Source of the DNA: Azolla caroliniana
Lineage: Eukaryota; Plantae; Polypodiophyta
NCBI GenBank assembly: GCA_043228905.1
Contig: JBHGNT010000002.1
Coordinates: 4,898,001-4,962,000 of the forward strand
Direction of reading: 5' to 3'
Length of the DNA stretch: 64,000 nucleotides
Part shown: piece after piece, positions 34,513 through 48,000 of the stretch
Numbering within the stretch: position 1 is the first letter of the stretch
Layout: each line of letters begins with the position of its first letter
Position numbers and translations under genes: made by a program
The notes under the pieces: model-generated
The model's input: the letters and a program-made list of their open reading frames with translations, nothing else
What the model was told of the DNA's origin: nothing
The model's database searches: none

Positions 34513-37500
34513 ATGGCAGAAGATCAAGAGATTCCTAAAGACTCGAAAGAAGAAGTAGCAGAGGTTCCTTATACGTTTATATATTCTAAACCCTGTACCT
34601 GTCTTTTTTTTGCCCCCCCCCCCCCCCTTCCTTTCTGCTAACCTTTTTTCCTCTGTTTTTGATGCTTATATATGTATTTCTCTCTCGTCCTCTTCCTGTG
34701 TGTCAGCTCGCTCCTTTCGATCCTTCCAAGAAGAAGAAGAAGAAGAAGGTGGTTATTCAAGAGCCCGCTGAAGAGGAAAGCTTGGAAAATGCAGAGAATG
34801 TGGAGAAAGTGGGGGAGAAAGTAGAGTCTCTTTCATGTATGTGATCTTGCTTTGCTTATTGGAAAAGTTTTCATCTTTTTTTATGGCGCATTCTAAGAAA
34901 TCTTATTGCCCTGTATTCTATCTTTTGTTGGATAAATTTAAGAATATTTCATGTTTTAAAATGGACATTTGTGGAACATTTAATTGTTTTCTGGATCTTC
35001 TGAGGAAGATTTCTTCTTTTTTGTGGACCATTTGAAGATGATTTCGTCATTTTGTAGATTGTTGAAGAAGGTTTCATCCTTTAGGAAATTAGGGGATCGT
35101 CTTAAGAAGATTTCTTCATTTTTGTGGATCACTTTAAGAAATAATCTCATCAATTTGATGGATTACTCAAGATCTTTTTTATATTTTTATTGGTAATTTA
35201 ATCATTTATGGATAAGTTTGTCGTTTTGTGTGAATATAGCAAGACAATTCATATATATTATTTATATTGTTCGTTAAGAAGATTTATGATCAAGTTATTC
35301 AAATATTGTGCTCTCCTTTCTGCACAGTGGGGGATGGCTTGGATTCTGCATTTGCAGGAAAGAAAAAGAAGAAGAAGAAAGCTGTAAGAATCTTTGGATT
35401 TTTTTACACCTCTTCAGTAATTTATTATCTTCGAGGTTATGAAGAAGGGATCATCACACTTGTTAATACCTTATGCTTCAGGTAGAATCTGATATACCAG
35501 AAGATGAAAATGGTGATGCTGTTGAGTCCAATGGTGAGATGCTTGCATTTTAATATGATCTATACGTTCTTATGTATATATATGTATCTGTCTGTATATA
35601 TCTTTTACCTTTATACGTACACACAGTAAACACATAGATATATACATATATGAGGGAAATTCCTTGTATATATGTCTATATCACGTGGCACCTGTATGTG
35701 AGTTAGGTATGGGCTTACAAATGTGTGTGTGTATAGCTATATGTAGGTGTATAAGTGCATGTATATTCAGTTGGTACTCGTAGTTTATATACACTTGCAT
35801 AGGTATATTTATTGTTGGGATATATGTAGTTGCAGGCATTCATTTAGCTATATTGGTTTATGTTGGTAGATATTAAGTGTCAAATTAACTGTTGATTTTT
35901 TTCATTCTTATTCCGATTCTAGGGCTTGAACCTTTTGACGACGAGGAAGGAGAAGGCATTGTTCTGAGAAGCCAATATCCGTGGGAAGGTACCACACGGG
36001 ACTATTATTATGAAGAGGTCAGATTTCTAGAATTTTCCCCACTTCCTTTAGCACAATACACTGCAAAACTTCAATATGAGGTGAAACCACACCACAAATC
36101 ACTACAACAAAACGTTTAGAAAGTTGTTATAACTGTCTTGGCATAAGAATTGTTCACGGAAGTTATGCATGTGTAATTTATCAATGTATTTATGAAAATC
36201 TTGAAACTTAGATAAATTTCATGATTTTCAAGTATCAAATACTATCTGCAATTGTTTGGGGAAATATATGCTTTTTAATTTTGTAGTGTTCAATGATTTT
36301 ACATAACAAGTTAAAGTAAGAGTACAACTTCTTTGAGAAATCAACACAAACTCGACCTTTCAAGAGTATTCTTTAATACACAATGATAAATAAGCATGTT
36401 ATTGGAAGAGCTTTAACTATTCTACAAGAAAGTGCAACCCAGATTCTAGTTTCCCAGAGTTGTACTTTATTAAGTTATGTTAAATGGTCAGCATCTTGGG
36501 ATGTTATTCTAGAAAGCAACCTGAATTCTTGTTTTGAAGGCTTTAATTGAAGTTAGGGTAATTAAATGCACGGTATTTAGAAAAGTGTGTTTAACATTCT
36601 TTGAGAAAGCAACTCAGATAATAAATAGATTCTTATTTTCAAAATTTTGAACAAGTGATAGTAAATGCACAGTATTTTAGATTCTGGTTTCTGGAAGGTT
36701 TTTATATAACAAGTTATGGTGAATAAATGGTCAGCTTCTTGGAAGAGTATTCAATATTCTTCGAGAAAGCAACCCAGAACTTGCTGGAGAGAGGAGGAGA
36801 ACAGTGATGAGGCCCCCTCAAGTCCTCCGAGAGGGTACAAAGAAGACTGTGTTTGTCAACTTCATGGATCTATGCAAGACGTAAGGTTTCAAGAATTGTG
36901 CTCTATTATCTTGTTAATGGAATTTTGATTCTTTGGTCTTCTATCTAGAGTATATATGTATGTACGTATAAGGCAATTTATTAATTTCGCAAATAAAAAT
37001 GTTATTTAATGTACTGTATTGTATTTATAAGTAATAGGGAAACTTTGAAATGCGCAAGTTTTTGGTTATTTCCCAAATGCCCCAGTCTGCTCCAGAAAGA
37101 GCAACAACCAGATGTGCTATTTTAGGAAACATATGGTCAATTCATCCCTTGTTTCAATTATATGTGCTATTGTATATGGTCAAGATGTTCCTTTCTTTTC
37201 TACTTTAAGGTTTGATGGGGAGCATGTAAGGAATAACAGAAATGTAGTGGATTTTGTGGAAATAAGAAAATCGTAGGAGTATTTAGTGAAATAAAGAAAA
37301 ACTCAGGGATATTTTGGATTTTTCTCTGAAATATATTTTTGTCTTCTATTTATATTCTTTACTTAATCATAAGATTTTTTATCCTCCTGTAGAATGCATC
37401 GTCAGCCAGAGCATGTGATGACTTATCTTCTTGCTGAATTGGGTACAAATGGGAATCTTGATGGTCAGCAACGATTGGTTGTCAAGGGAAGATTTGCCCC

Positions 37501-38299
37501 AAAATACTTCGAGGGTATTTTGAGAAGATACGTTAGTAAGTATATTAACCTTGGCTTATTAATTCCATCTTTTCTCAATATCTACTCTTGGTTGCTTGTG
37601 TGCAAGCAGCTAATAATTGGTATGAATGTGTGGATAAAAAATCTAAGTCAGTGTAATTTGCACATGGATTATTTGATAGTCACTCTTACTTTTTAAATTG
37701 TCAAAGGCAAAGATCCCTCTAAATTATGAGATGACTTAATGTAAAAACGCCCAAATATTAAGGTATTGATTTATTATTATTAACTTCAACAAATTTAGTT
37801 GGAGTTGGCTAAAAAATAATTTCAACAGATGCAGTTGCAGGTTTATTAATTTCTTGGGATGTTTTTCTAAACACAGACTGATACTGATATGTATTTCCTC
37901 TTTTTGAAGCTGAATATGTTATGTGCAATGGCTGCAAAAGTGCTGACACAGTTCTCACAAAGGAGAATCGGTTGTTTTTCTTAAGATGCGAACAGGTGTG
38001 TACACAAAAGTTTCGGATGAATACCTATTGACATTGTTACTTTTTAAGGGCAATTTCTACTTTTTTATTGATTTGACATTTGTAGCGTATGGGTAATCTA
38101 TATATTATACAAATGTGAACTTAGGACAAAACTAGGTTTTTGTTCATTGAAGGTCATAAGGTAGATTATATTTTTTTATAGAGAATGCTAATGGCATTAA
38201 CTTTTGTATCATTCTCTCCAGTGTGGGTGTTCGCGATCTGTTGCACCAATTAAAGCTGGATTTGTTGCTCGTGTTGAAAAGAGGAAAATGGGAACTTAA
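34513..38299 (+). CDS. eIF2beta: Eukaryotic translation initiation factor 2 subunit beta, 278 aa; exons 34513-34563, 34707-34836, 35328-35383, 35482-35533, 35923-36017, 36735-36880, 37393-37535, 37910-37995, 38222-38299
   Basis: [14 protein letters not shown] and a second poly-K box, then [61 protein letters not shown]...AELGT and a C2-C2 finger CNGCKS...CEQCG. All introns are GT-AG and phase-compatible (837 nt total). Confidence 0.95.
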
Positions 38300-41084
38300 G
38301 GAGATTTGGTGAAGAATCTATAGACTAATGCTAGGTAGTGTTTGTGAAGAATTTGATGACATCTCTCGTAAGTGTGTACTTGAATTTGTAAGCAGTTGTC
38401 ATAAGATATGCTGAAACAAGAGAGTATTTTTTATGTACCGTTTTTCTTTATTTCGGCTTCACTTATCCATTTTTCCCAGATAAAACAGTTCTCGGTGTGG
38501 TTCTTTGTTATAATACAAGTTTTCCCAATGAGATGTAGATGTTTGCTTCAATGAATGAAGTTGAAAATCCTTAATGAGTGCAACTTCTCAAGGTATGTAG
38601 ATATGCGTACTTTAAATGTAAGTTTTTGTTGGAACTCCATTACGTGATCATGAGAATGAATCAAAGCGAATATTTGGTGTAAGACCTCATTGGGTTTGTC
38701 AACTTTAAATCATTTAAGTTTTAAGACAGAAATGCATCACAGTTATTAGAAAGAGGCGGCTAGCCAAAGGGTGAGAACTGGATGTTGAAACTCTGATATT
38801 CTAGGGATTTCACTATCATGGTGCAATGAAATATTTGATTATAAGCCATGCAATACACATTGGTTTATAGTCTGATTGCTTTCTGTTCTTGTTAATCCCT
38901 TATTGATTATATGCTAATGTGGGTAGTGGAGTGTTCAGATCTGTTTCCTTTGGGGTTTTTCATTGGAAGCCATCTGTTGGTTTTTAAAGTCCTTTTACTG
39001 GATCGTCTCTCTTCCTTGGTACCAGTTTAAGTGCTGATTTTCTTCTCTTGAAGGATTTTAGTCTCCAAGGTTTTGTCCTTCCGTTTTTTCAATTGTCATG
39101 CAGAATAGGTCATTGAGCTCGAATGGCTTGAGTATTACACTCTTATAATGAGCTGCAATTGATTGCATTTGAGATTTGTATTCCCTAAATTTTCTATCCT
39201 GAACATTCCCCACTTGCATTGTATCAATTGTTGCTGGTTTTAGTTAAACGTTGAGAGTGCATAGGTTCCACGTGTGTAGGAAGGTGTTTACTCTAAAAAA
39301 GGCATGCATGTATCCTTTTTCATGGTTATTTCCTAGTAGTTTTCCATGCACAAATGGAGCATGATTCATGCTTAGGTTGTGAGAGGTCTCAAGTTCAATT
39401 CTTGGAATGCCCCCTTTACAGGAGTACACAACCAGTTCAATGTTTGTGTTTTCCCTCAAAATGATTTGTGCATGATTTAATTGACATGCAACTTGCAAGT
39501 GGAACTACGAACAGCCTGGATGAATTAGTCAATGCATTACTGTTAAAACGATTTTTTGGAGTACAACAATTAAGTATTGGATGGTATACAATTTTTTATT
39601 CACATGGATAAAATGGGCAATGAAGCATCATGTGCTATAAAGACATAGATTTGCTATCAAATGGAAATAAATGTGTTTTTCTTGCAACATCGAGGCTTTG
39701 CATTATGTTCATTGTGGGTTGGCAAGGTGTTAGCATACATTCTTCCTGTTCTACAAATATGTCATATAAGGAACTGATGATTTCAAAATAAATGTGGCAA
39801 TTAATTGCTCAAAGAGGACAATTTTGTTGTGTGGACATAAGAAATATATGACTTCTTTGATTCTTTATTTGTTCCATGGTATAGTCTATGCTTAGTGCTC
39901 AACTTTTACATTAGGACTCAACATTCCTCACATTTTCTAGGTGTGATATATGCTTTCCCAACGGTCATCTAGTGATCGAGTTTTTTTCTAGAGATGGGAT
40001 AACGACTTCTAATCAATAATGTGAATTTCTCTCTCAAATCCATGGGCATCGTGCTGAACTAAAAGCGACATATAGCCCAATACCTAGCATACAAGAAAGA
40101 TGCCTTCACTTACTAAAAAGTTGGCCTTATATTTGGACTCAAGAGCTTTCCTATTTATGAAGAGACTGAAATCTAACAAAAAATGTATAAATCAACATTG
40201 AGATTAAAAAATTCATGTTTGAAATAAGAACTGAGCTAATTAGTAAAAAGAAGCATATTCATCTCATAATCAAGGTTATGATAACCAAATGAGGGATATT
40301 TCGTATGCTCCATATATTCAACAAATGAGCATAATGAAGCATGTTGAATCAACTACACAAACATATATATTATGAACATAACGCAATCTAAAATAAGGAA
40401 CTATGAGAAATACGATAAAAATTTGTGACCACACATTCTTATTCTACCTAGGGACATAATGCAATCATTCCTATTTTCTACCACAAAATGATCTCTCTAA
40501 TTTGATAGCGATGAGGTGATTAATAATCTAATAATTTCTTCATAAAAAGTAGCTAACTTGGCAAGCAAAGTTTGGTCATCAACAAATCAAGAGCACAAGA
40601 TATCGAATGTTAAGTTAGGAATGTGAATATCGATGCTCGATAAAAAAAGAGGTAAGGAGTGAACTATCTTTCAATCCAGAATATATGGGACAAAACTGAT
40701 CGTTGTCATGTGTCAATGCTTGATGAAGAAGTAAACAATCTTTCAATCGAGAACATAGGGGTTAACATGATCAAAGTCACACAAATTTTGCGCTGCCAAG
40801 TGTTTCCGTAGTATAATCATTTGATATGCACACTTCCTAAATACTAACAAGAAAATGAATAATTATTATTATCCAAATGTGTGCATGTTACTTCAATATA
40901 ATAGAGATGAATAAAGAAGATAACAAGAATTATCAAGATAAAATTTTAATAATATTGACTTGAAAGCTCTAATAAAAAAAAAAAATAGTCATGGAAAAGC
41001 CTAGTAAGTGCTCTGTTTTTCCTGAAACCCTAATCTGAGCCCCTGTATCTCAATGGAGACAATAATGCTTCTGGCCTCATCACC

Positions 41085-42812
41085 ATGGCATTACCGAATC
41101 CACATTTTGCTCATACCTCAAGACTTCTGCCTCCGGAATGGAGAAACCTTCCTCAAGTTTCCATTCAAAGTCTTGTTCACATCATGGAAATCCATGGAAA
41201 ATGCAGAAATGCAAGGAAATCTGTTTCTTTGCATGGATTTCTTGTCAAATCTGGGCTAGAAACGCATGTGTTGCTCGGAAATTACCTGGTTTTGATGCTT
41301 AGCTCATGTGGATGTATGCAAGAAGCAGAGAAGGTCTTCAATAAACTGTCATTTAAGAACATTTCTTGCTTAAATTCCATCATTTCGGGTTATGTTAAGT
41401 ATGGAAAGCCCCAATATGCTCTCACCATGTATGAAAAGATGTGGAGAGATGATGGTATATGTAAAGAAATGTGGAAAAATGAGGATATGTTAGAACATAT
41501 GTGGAGGGATGATACGTTATATCCAAATGAGTATACTTTTGTGGCATTGCTTACGGCTTGTACAAAGCTGAAAGACATCAGAAGAGGTATACAAATGCAT
41601 ATTGAAGTGGCAAGGTTGGGTCTTATTGAGAAAGACATCGCAGTTGCAAATAGTTTGATAGATATGTATGCAAAATGTAGTTTGTTGTCTAAATCAAAAC
41701 AAGTTTTCGATGGAATTAGAGTTAAAAGTGTGGTCTCATGGACTGCTTTGATTGGTGGATATGCCCAACATGGACATGGAGAACAAGCCATTAAGTGTTT
41801 TGAAGAGATGCAAATCCAAGGAGTCAATGCAAACGCGAGAACATTTGTTTGTGTCTTGAAAGCTTGTAGTTCAACGGGTAATATTGCTAAAGGCGAAGTT
41901 ATTCATGCACAAGTTGAAAGACAAGGGCTGGTTAAAGGAGATATTTTCATCGGAAGCACTTTGGTTGATATGTATGCAAAGAATGGATCTCTTGCAAAAG
42001 CTCAGGAAATATTCAATAGCCTTGTTTATCGTAATGCTATCTCGTGGAATGCAATATTATCTGGATATGTTGAACACGGGTATTCCGAAGAAGCTGTAAA
42101 ATTCTTTGAGAAAATGCAACAAGGTCATGTTTTGCCAAATGCAATCACATTCGTGTGTGGACTAAAAGCGTGTGGTAACATTGGAGCAATAGATAAGATT
42201 GGAGAGATACATGATGAGATTGAAAGAAAAGGTTTACTAGAAGATGCGTTTGTTAGCAATACATTGGTGGATATGTATGCCAGATGTGGTGCTCTCACAA
42301 AAGCCCAACAAGTATTCAATAAGCTTCAAGTTCAAGATGTTATCTCTTGGACTTCATTAATGTCGGGATATGCCCAACTTGGTGACAGTGAAAATGTTTT
42401 CATCGTTTTTGATAAAATGTTAGGGACAGGTGTAAAGCCTGATCCAGTAACATTTATCATTGTTCTCAATACATGTAGTCGTACTGGCTTATATAGTAAG
42501 GGCAAAAGCTATTTTGAAGCAATGAGTGATGAATATGGGATTATGCCAATTCATGAACACCATTCATGTATTCTTGACCTTCTTGGTCGTGTGGGTCAAT
42601 TAGATAAGGTTATAGGATTAATGAAGGAAATGCCAGTTTGTCCTAATATTGCAATGTGGCATTCTGTGCTTTCTTCTTGTAAGAAATGGGGAAATGTAGA
42701 GTTTGCGAAAAAGGCATTCAAACATGCTGTACACTTGGTTACGAATGATGCTGCATCATATGTCTTTATGTCTCAAGTCTATTCAGATGCTGATTTGGTC
42801 GATACAATGTAA
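41085..42812 (+). CDS. PLS-class PPR protein with partial E domain, no DYW (575 aa)
   Basis: Intronless, with repeated LVDMYAKCG/SWTALIxGY/TFVCxLKAC units. The C-terminus reads HHSCILDLLGRVG...WHSVLSSCKKWGN...SYVFMSQVYS. A telo-box AAACCCTAA is at 41025-41033. Confidence 0.92.
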   Translation: MALPNPHFAHTSRLLPPEWRNLPQVSIQSLVHIMEIHGKCRNARKSVSLHGFLVKSGLETHVLLGNYLVLMLSSCGCMQEAEKVFNKLSFKNISCLNSIISGYVKYGKPQYALTMYEKMWRDDGICKEMWKNEDMLEHMWRDDTLYPNEYTFVALLTACTKLKDIRRGIQMHIEVARLGLIEKDIAVANSLIDMYAKCSLLSKSKQVFDGIRVKSVVSWTALIGGYAQHGHGEQAIKCFEEMQIQGVNANARTFVCVLKACSSTGNIAKGEVIHAQVERQGLVKGDIFIGSTLVDMYAKNGSLAKAQEIFNSLVYRNAISWNAILSGYVEHGYSEEAVKFFEKMQQGHVLPNAITFVCGLKACGNIGAIDKIGEIHDEIERKGLLEDAFVSNTLVDMYARCGALTKAQQVFNKLQVQDVISWTSLMSGYAQLGDSENVFIVFDKMLGTGVKPDPVTFIIVLNTCSRTGLYSKGKSYFEAMSDEYGIMPIHEHHSCILDLLGRVGQLDKVIGLMKEMPVCPNIAMWHSVLSSCKKWGNVEFAKKAFKHAVHLVTNDAASYVFMSQVYSDADLVDTM

Positions 42813-43433
42813 GGATGATTTAATAGGTGTGAATGATTGGAATGAACATTTGAATTTATGAAAAAGCGCATACTGAGTATATGGTGTACATAACGTATTA
42901 AGGTCAAGATTTCCATTGGGGAAATGAGACAAAAGAGCATGTTTTACTGAAAAATGTACAATATCCATCAAATCAATAAAAGGAAAGGATTTCAATGGAG
43001 TCTTTCATTAAAAATAATGAAAAAATAGTACTCATGGTAAGCCATACTAGCATTGCTAGATATACAAATTCTAGATGCCAATATTCCTGACATTGGTGTA
43101 CTTTGCCCAATGATATGGGTCTCCAACTACAAAGATTAGAAAGGAAGAAGAAAAGTTTAAAAAATAGTTTCTCTATGTGAACCCTTTCTTGCAAAATACC
43201 CTTTAGGAGTGCCATGGAGCTCAAAAACGAATCTATGAAAAGCCATGCTTTTTCTTTTGTTTGATTCATCTAGATGGGTCATAAAGTTCCCAGAAGAATA
43301 TACGGCTATGGGCAATTAAGACATATATTCAATCATTAAATGCTAGGGAATTTTAAGGGTAAATGCATGAAGCATTGGTAAAGAAAGCAGTCTTGTAGAT
43401 TGTTATTTTAGCGTATAATTTTGATTTTCCGAA

Positions 43434-43831
43434 ACAATTGAAGTCCTTACCTGCCTACAATTGCTAGAAATAACTTGATTATGATTTTATGCTGTTACAC
43501 CCTAAAAGCATACAAAAATGTCACTGTTGCCACATGGTTTTATGCAGCATTCAATAACCATTTTCAACAACAGCTTCAAAATATATGAATTGAATGAAAC
43601 ATTGCTATTCTGAAATCTGGACATGTCCTTCCCTGCCTACAATTGAAGTCCTTACCTGCCTACAATTGCTAGAAATAACTTGATTATGATTTTATGCTAT
43701 TACACCCTAAAAGCATACAAAAATGTCACTGTTGCCACATGGTTTTATGCAGCATTCAATAACCATTTTCAACAACAGCTTCAAAATATATGAATTGAAT
43801 GAAACATTGCTATTCTGAAATCTAGACATGT
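43434..43831. repeat. 205-bp near-perfect tandem duplication
   Basis: ACAATTGAAGTCCTTACCTGCC...GAAATCT(G/A)GACATGT occurs at 43434 and 43639. Confidence 0.95.
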
Positions 43832-45004
43832 TCCATGATTTCTTCTTCGTTATGTTTCCTATCAAGTGCTTCAATGTCCCATTCTCTCTGCTCTCAATTT
43901 GGCTAAATGGTTGAATAAATAAATCTGATTAACTGAATATCCATTACTGTTAGAACATGAGAGGGAGTTAAATTTATAGTGAAGCAAAAACACCTACACA
44001 AAAACGATACCAAACATTCTGGATATCTTTGATGAAATCATTCATGTCAATGGTTTGGTAATTTATGATGGGAGATGACTAGATTAGTTGTCTTTCCATT
44101 TTCTCCATTAACTAGCAGAAATGATCAATTGAAACAATTTAATATATCTACAAATGCATACTCAAGTTCTTGTTTATCAACAATACATGACATAATTAGT
44201 TATTATTTTAGTTTTTAGTGCAATTAGACTAAGCATCACCACATTCAAAGTATTAAACTTTTAAACCATTTCAACCTGTTAGGAGATTGAGGGCTTTAGT
44301 ATTCTTCTGGAACATTGCATAGTTGCTTTGGAAAAAACAATTCAAGCACTCTTTGCAGCCTCAGATAACGTTCTCAAATCTTGCATATAAATCTAATGAA
44401 GAATACAACAAACTCGTTAAATCAAATATAGAACTTCATTGAAAGGAGAAGCTAATGCTTACCTGAATTGCTGTTCGTAAAAGACATCAACACAAAAGTA
44501 TAGCTATTTTGGGAATCCGTAATACGTTCTACAATCTAATCTTGGAAGACTAGTGCTTACAAACAAAAACATTGCATTTTAATAGTTTTTAAAGCTTAAG
44601 ACTACATTTCAGGAACCCTTGCCCAACCAATCATATTACATATGCTATACTCAAATCTATAACTTACCGAACAATCCCCAAATATATCATGTCCATAGAC
44701 CCCCATAATGGACCTTGGAGCTTCAAGCATCCAGTAACATTTTTGGGTGCTCTCGCCACGCTACATTATATGCTCTACTCAAATCCATAACTCTCATTGA
44801 AGATTTCACCCAATACATTCAAGGCCAAGTAAAGCTAATGTTTACAAACACAAGAATATCAATGTACTGGAGGTTTCACCACTGGAGACATGAGTAGATT
44901 TGTTTTTGTTCATCACGCAGATAGAGATATCACATGAGTTTGTAGTTCCAATTGTTGCTTTTTCTTTGATTTTGAGTCATAAATATCCCAGAATAGAGTG
45001 TGAT

Positions 45005-48000
45005 TTAGGAGTTCGAATCACGTTCATACGCTACACCATTAGCCTGATTGAGCTCTGAGTACTTCCTCTTTCCCTTCAAGACTTTCTTAGCATTCTTTGG
45101 AGATATCACTAACCCATTGTCATCTTTCCGCACATGGTTCCTTGATGTTGAAGTACATGTCGCACAAAACCAGAGACCTCTCGGGATCTTCTTGACAGGA
45201 GGAGAGAGACAATACATATGGTAGCCTTCATCACAACCATCACAAAGAAGGATCTTGTCATCATCTACATCAATTCTACATTCACAACATAGGCATGATG
45301 GGCAATACCAAACACCTGGTGAAATAACACTCCTTAGGGCCGGCCGCAAACATGACAAATGATAGCATTTTCTACACGCTGAGCAATGAACAGCGCCATT
45401 TTCATCACTTATTCCACAAAGCTTACAAGAAGATTCTATCTTCAGAGCATTATGATCTTGATCTTTGGCAGAGCTACTTGCAACAGAAACCTCCACCGAC
45501 CTATTATTAATTGGAGCATTCTCTAAGGTTTCTCGTCCAAATGGAGCTAACAATTCACTTTGAATGCGATCTAAGTTTTCTTCGCCGAAAGGAACACCTA
45601 ACGATTCAGTGTGAATACGCTCACACACCACACAATGGTGTTCTTTCTTATCGACTCTTTTTTCAGTGGATTTTTTCTTCTTTGCTTCGGCTTCACATAT
45701 CGGACAGTACCAAAAACCATCAGGTACATTGTTGATCGGTGGAATAACACAGTTCATATGATATGCAGCATCACATGAATCACAAAGAAGAACTAGTCCA
45801 TCGTCTTTCCCGCAAGCTTTACAAATACTTTCATTCACTGATGTCTTACAAGTTTGCTCTCTGTTAGTTTCACTTGATTCATCATTACTAAGAGTTGTTG
45901 TGGAAGGAAGGACAAGTTCAAATCCATTCATTTCTTGATCTGCAATATCACCATGAGTCTCAGGAGATGAGATACATGATGGGCAACACCATTTTTCAGT
46001 CATGGAAAAATCTGTTGTACAAGTGGCACAGCACATGTGATAGAGATCGTTGCATTTTCTACAGATATAACTATCTGCATTTCCGACTTTTCCACAGGCT
46101 CTGCATATAGCATTGGTAGTTATGTTGTTCAATGCATTTGCTTTTAACTTTGTCTGGGATGGATCCCGCTTTTCCTCTAGTTTTTCTGTCACTATCATGG
46201 TCTCTGCATTAATATTTAAGACAATAATCAGCATCAGGACATGATGGTTGACATTGTTATTATGTAGGAGAAAACATGAAAATACCCACAACTAGGCTGG
46301 GGGTATCTTGGGCGTTTCCCTAAAATCTATGCCTAATGCAAATACGACTTTTAATCACCTGATGTCAAATATTTGTTTGACCCGGCGGCTTTCTCTTTCG
46401 ATTCTATTTGAAACAAGCTTGAAACCTGCAAAAAGAAACTAGTCCCATCACATAAAGCAATTAATATCAAACTTGTGCACAAATAAAAACCATAGTTTAA
46501 GAACCTGCTCCTTGTAAAGACTATCAGAGAGTTTAGAAAGTGAAGTTGCCATAGAAACAAGATTGTTTCCTATTGCTGTGATATCACTCCACACCTGGAA
46601 TAACAAATTAGATATTTGAATGGCTTTTTGGTCCATCTTGATAATATTAATGATACATTGATAAACAAATTCCCAAATTTGAAAGGTCTGATGGGCTGCA
46701 CCAAATGAATTTCAGGAAGCCTAATTTGAATAAAAGCATATAGACAGTCTTCAATGCACCATACCTTCAATATTTTGCTGAAACAATTATGTAAATACAA
46801 TAACATTATGGAAGTTTTTTCAATAACATTATGTAAATACAATTATAATTAACTCCTGGACCATCGAAGTATTCCAGAGATGCTTATCTAAAGGTATCCA
46901 AGACATGCATAACTAATGAGGACCAGACTGAATCATCAACTGTGTTCTATTGTTTTTTCCGCACAAAAACAACATATGTTTATCAATAGCATATAGATTT
47001 ATTTTAGAAACATAATGTGCTGTATTACAGTAAACCCTGCTCTTAGTAGATGTACTATCAGTCAGAAATTAGTCCTATTTATCATAGGTATGCATTTATT
47101 GCCAGACATTTATCGGACCCCACTGAGAATGCAATTTCTTTAGCCTTTTGAAGACGTTAATATAACATTTTCTGCTTCAATACTTGACAAAATTCTCTCT
47201 GGCCTGGATCAAATACCATAAGAAATGAACACTTCATGCACCTTGTTCCTTGACTTCTTTGCAATCTCCACTTTTGTGAACTGTCTCACAAAAATGCTTC
47301 ATAACATGCTCTGCATCAAATTCCAGACAATCTTTAATAGCAACTTATTCTTATTTCCAAATATAGCATTTATTTATATCCTATCATTTTTTTGTGTTTC
47401 TGATATTGCTGCCAGTTCTAGTCTTCAGCCTTTAGGGCATAAACTTATTTGTCTTGAGCTTTTAGTCCACAGCTTGGGGCCAATGCACCACACGCCCTAT
47501 AACAAGATGATCCCTAGCTGAAGACCTCACCTTTTTCCTCTCTTGTGCACTCGAAGTTCTAATTCCAAATGCACAGTCCACCTGAGTTTTCTAATGATGT
47601 TCAGCTGTGGGAGATAGCTTCGTCAAAATGATCAGCTTATATTGCATTGTATTCATATAGATTTAAAATAGGATTAAAAAAGCATAGCTTCTGTTGGGAT
47701 CTCTGTCCAACTGTCACTAACAGCACGAAGTCTCGACATAGTTTCACAAGCCAGCATAAAGTAAGAGACCAACAAAATGTAATCAACCTTGTCTCACCTT
47801 CTGATCAACAAGAAAAAGAATAAATGACAATGACTACCTTCCATCCACCTCTGGGTGAGCAAAACAATGAGCTAATGGGAATGATCGACAGACAATCACC
47901 TTCCTCAAACCTCTGTATTGAGCCAAAAACTATCTTTCTGAAAACCACAGAACTGGCTTTCTATTTCTCTCGGCTTAAAAATAGCCCTGAGCTCTTCTGC

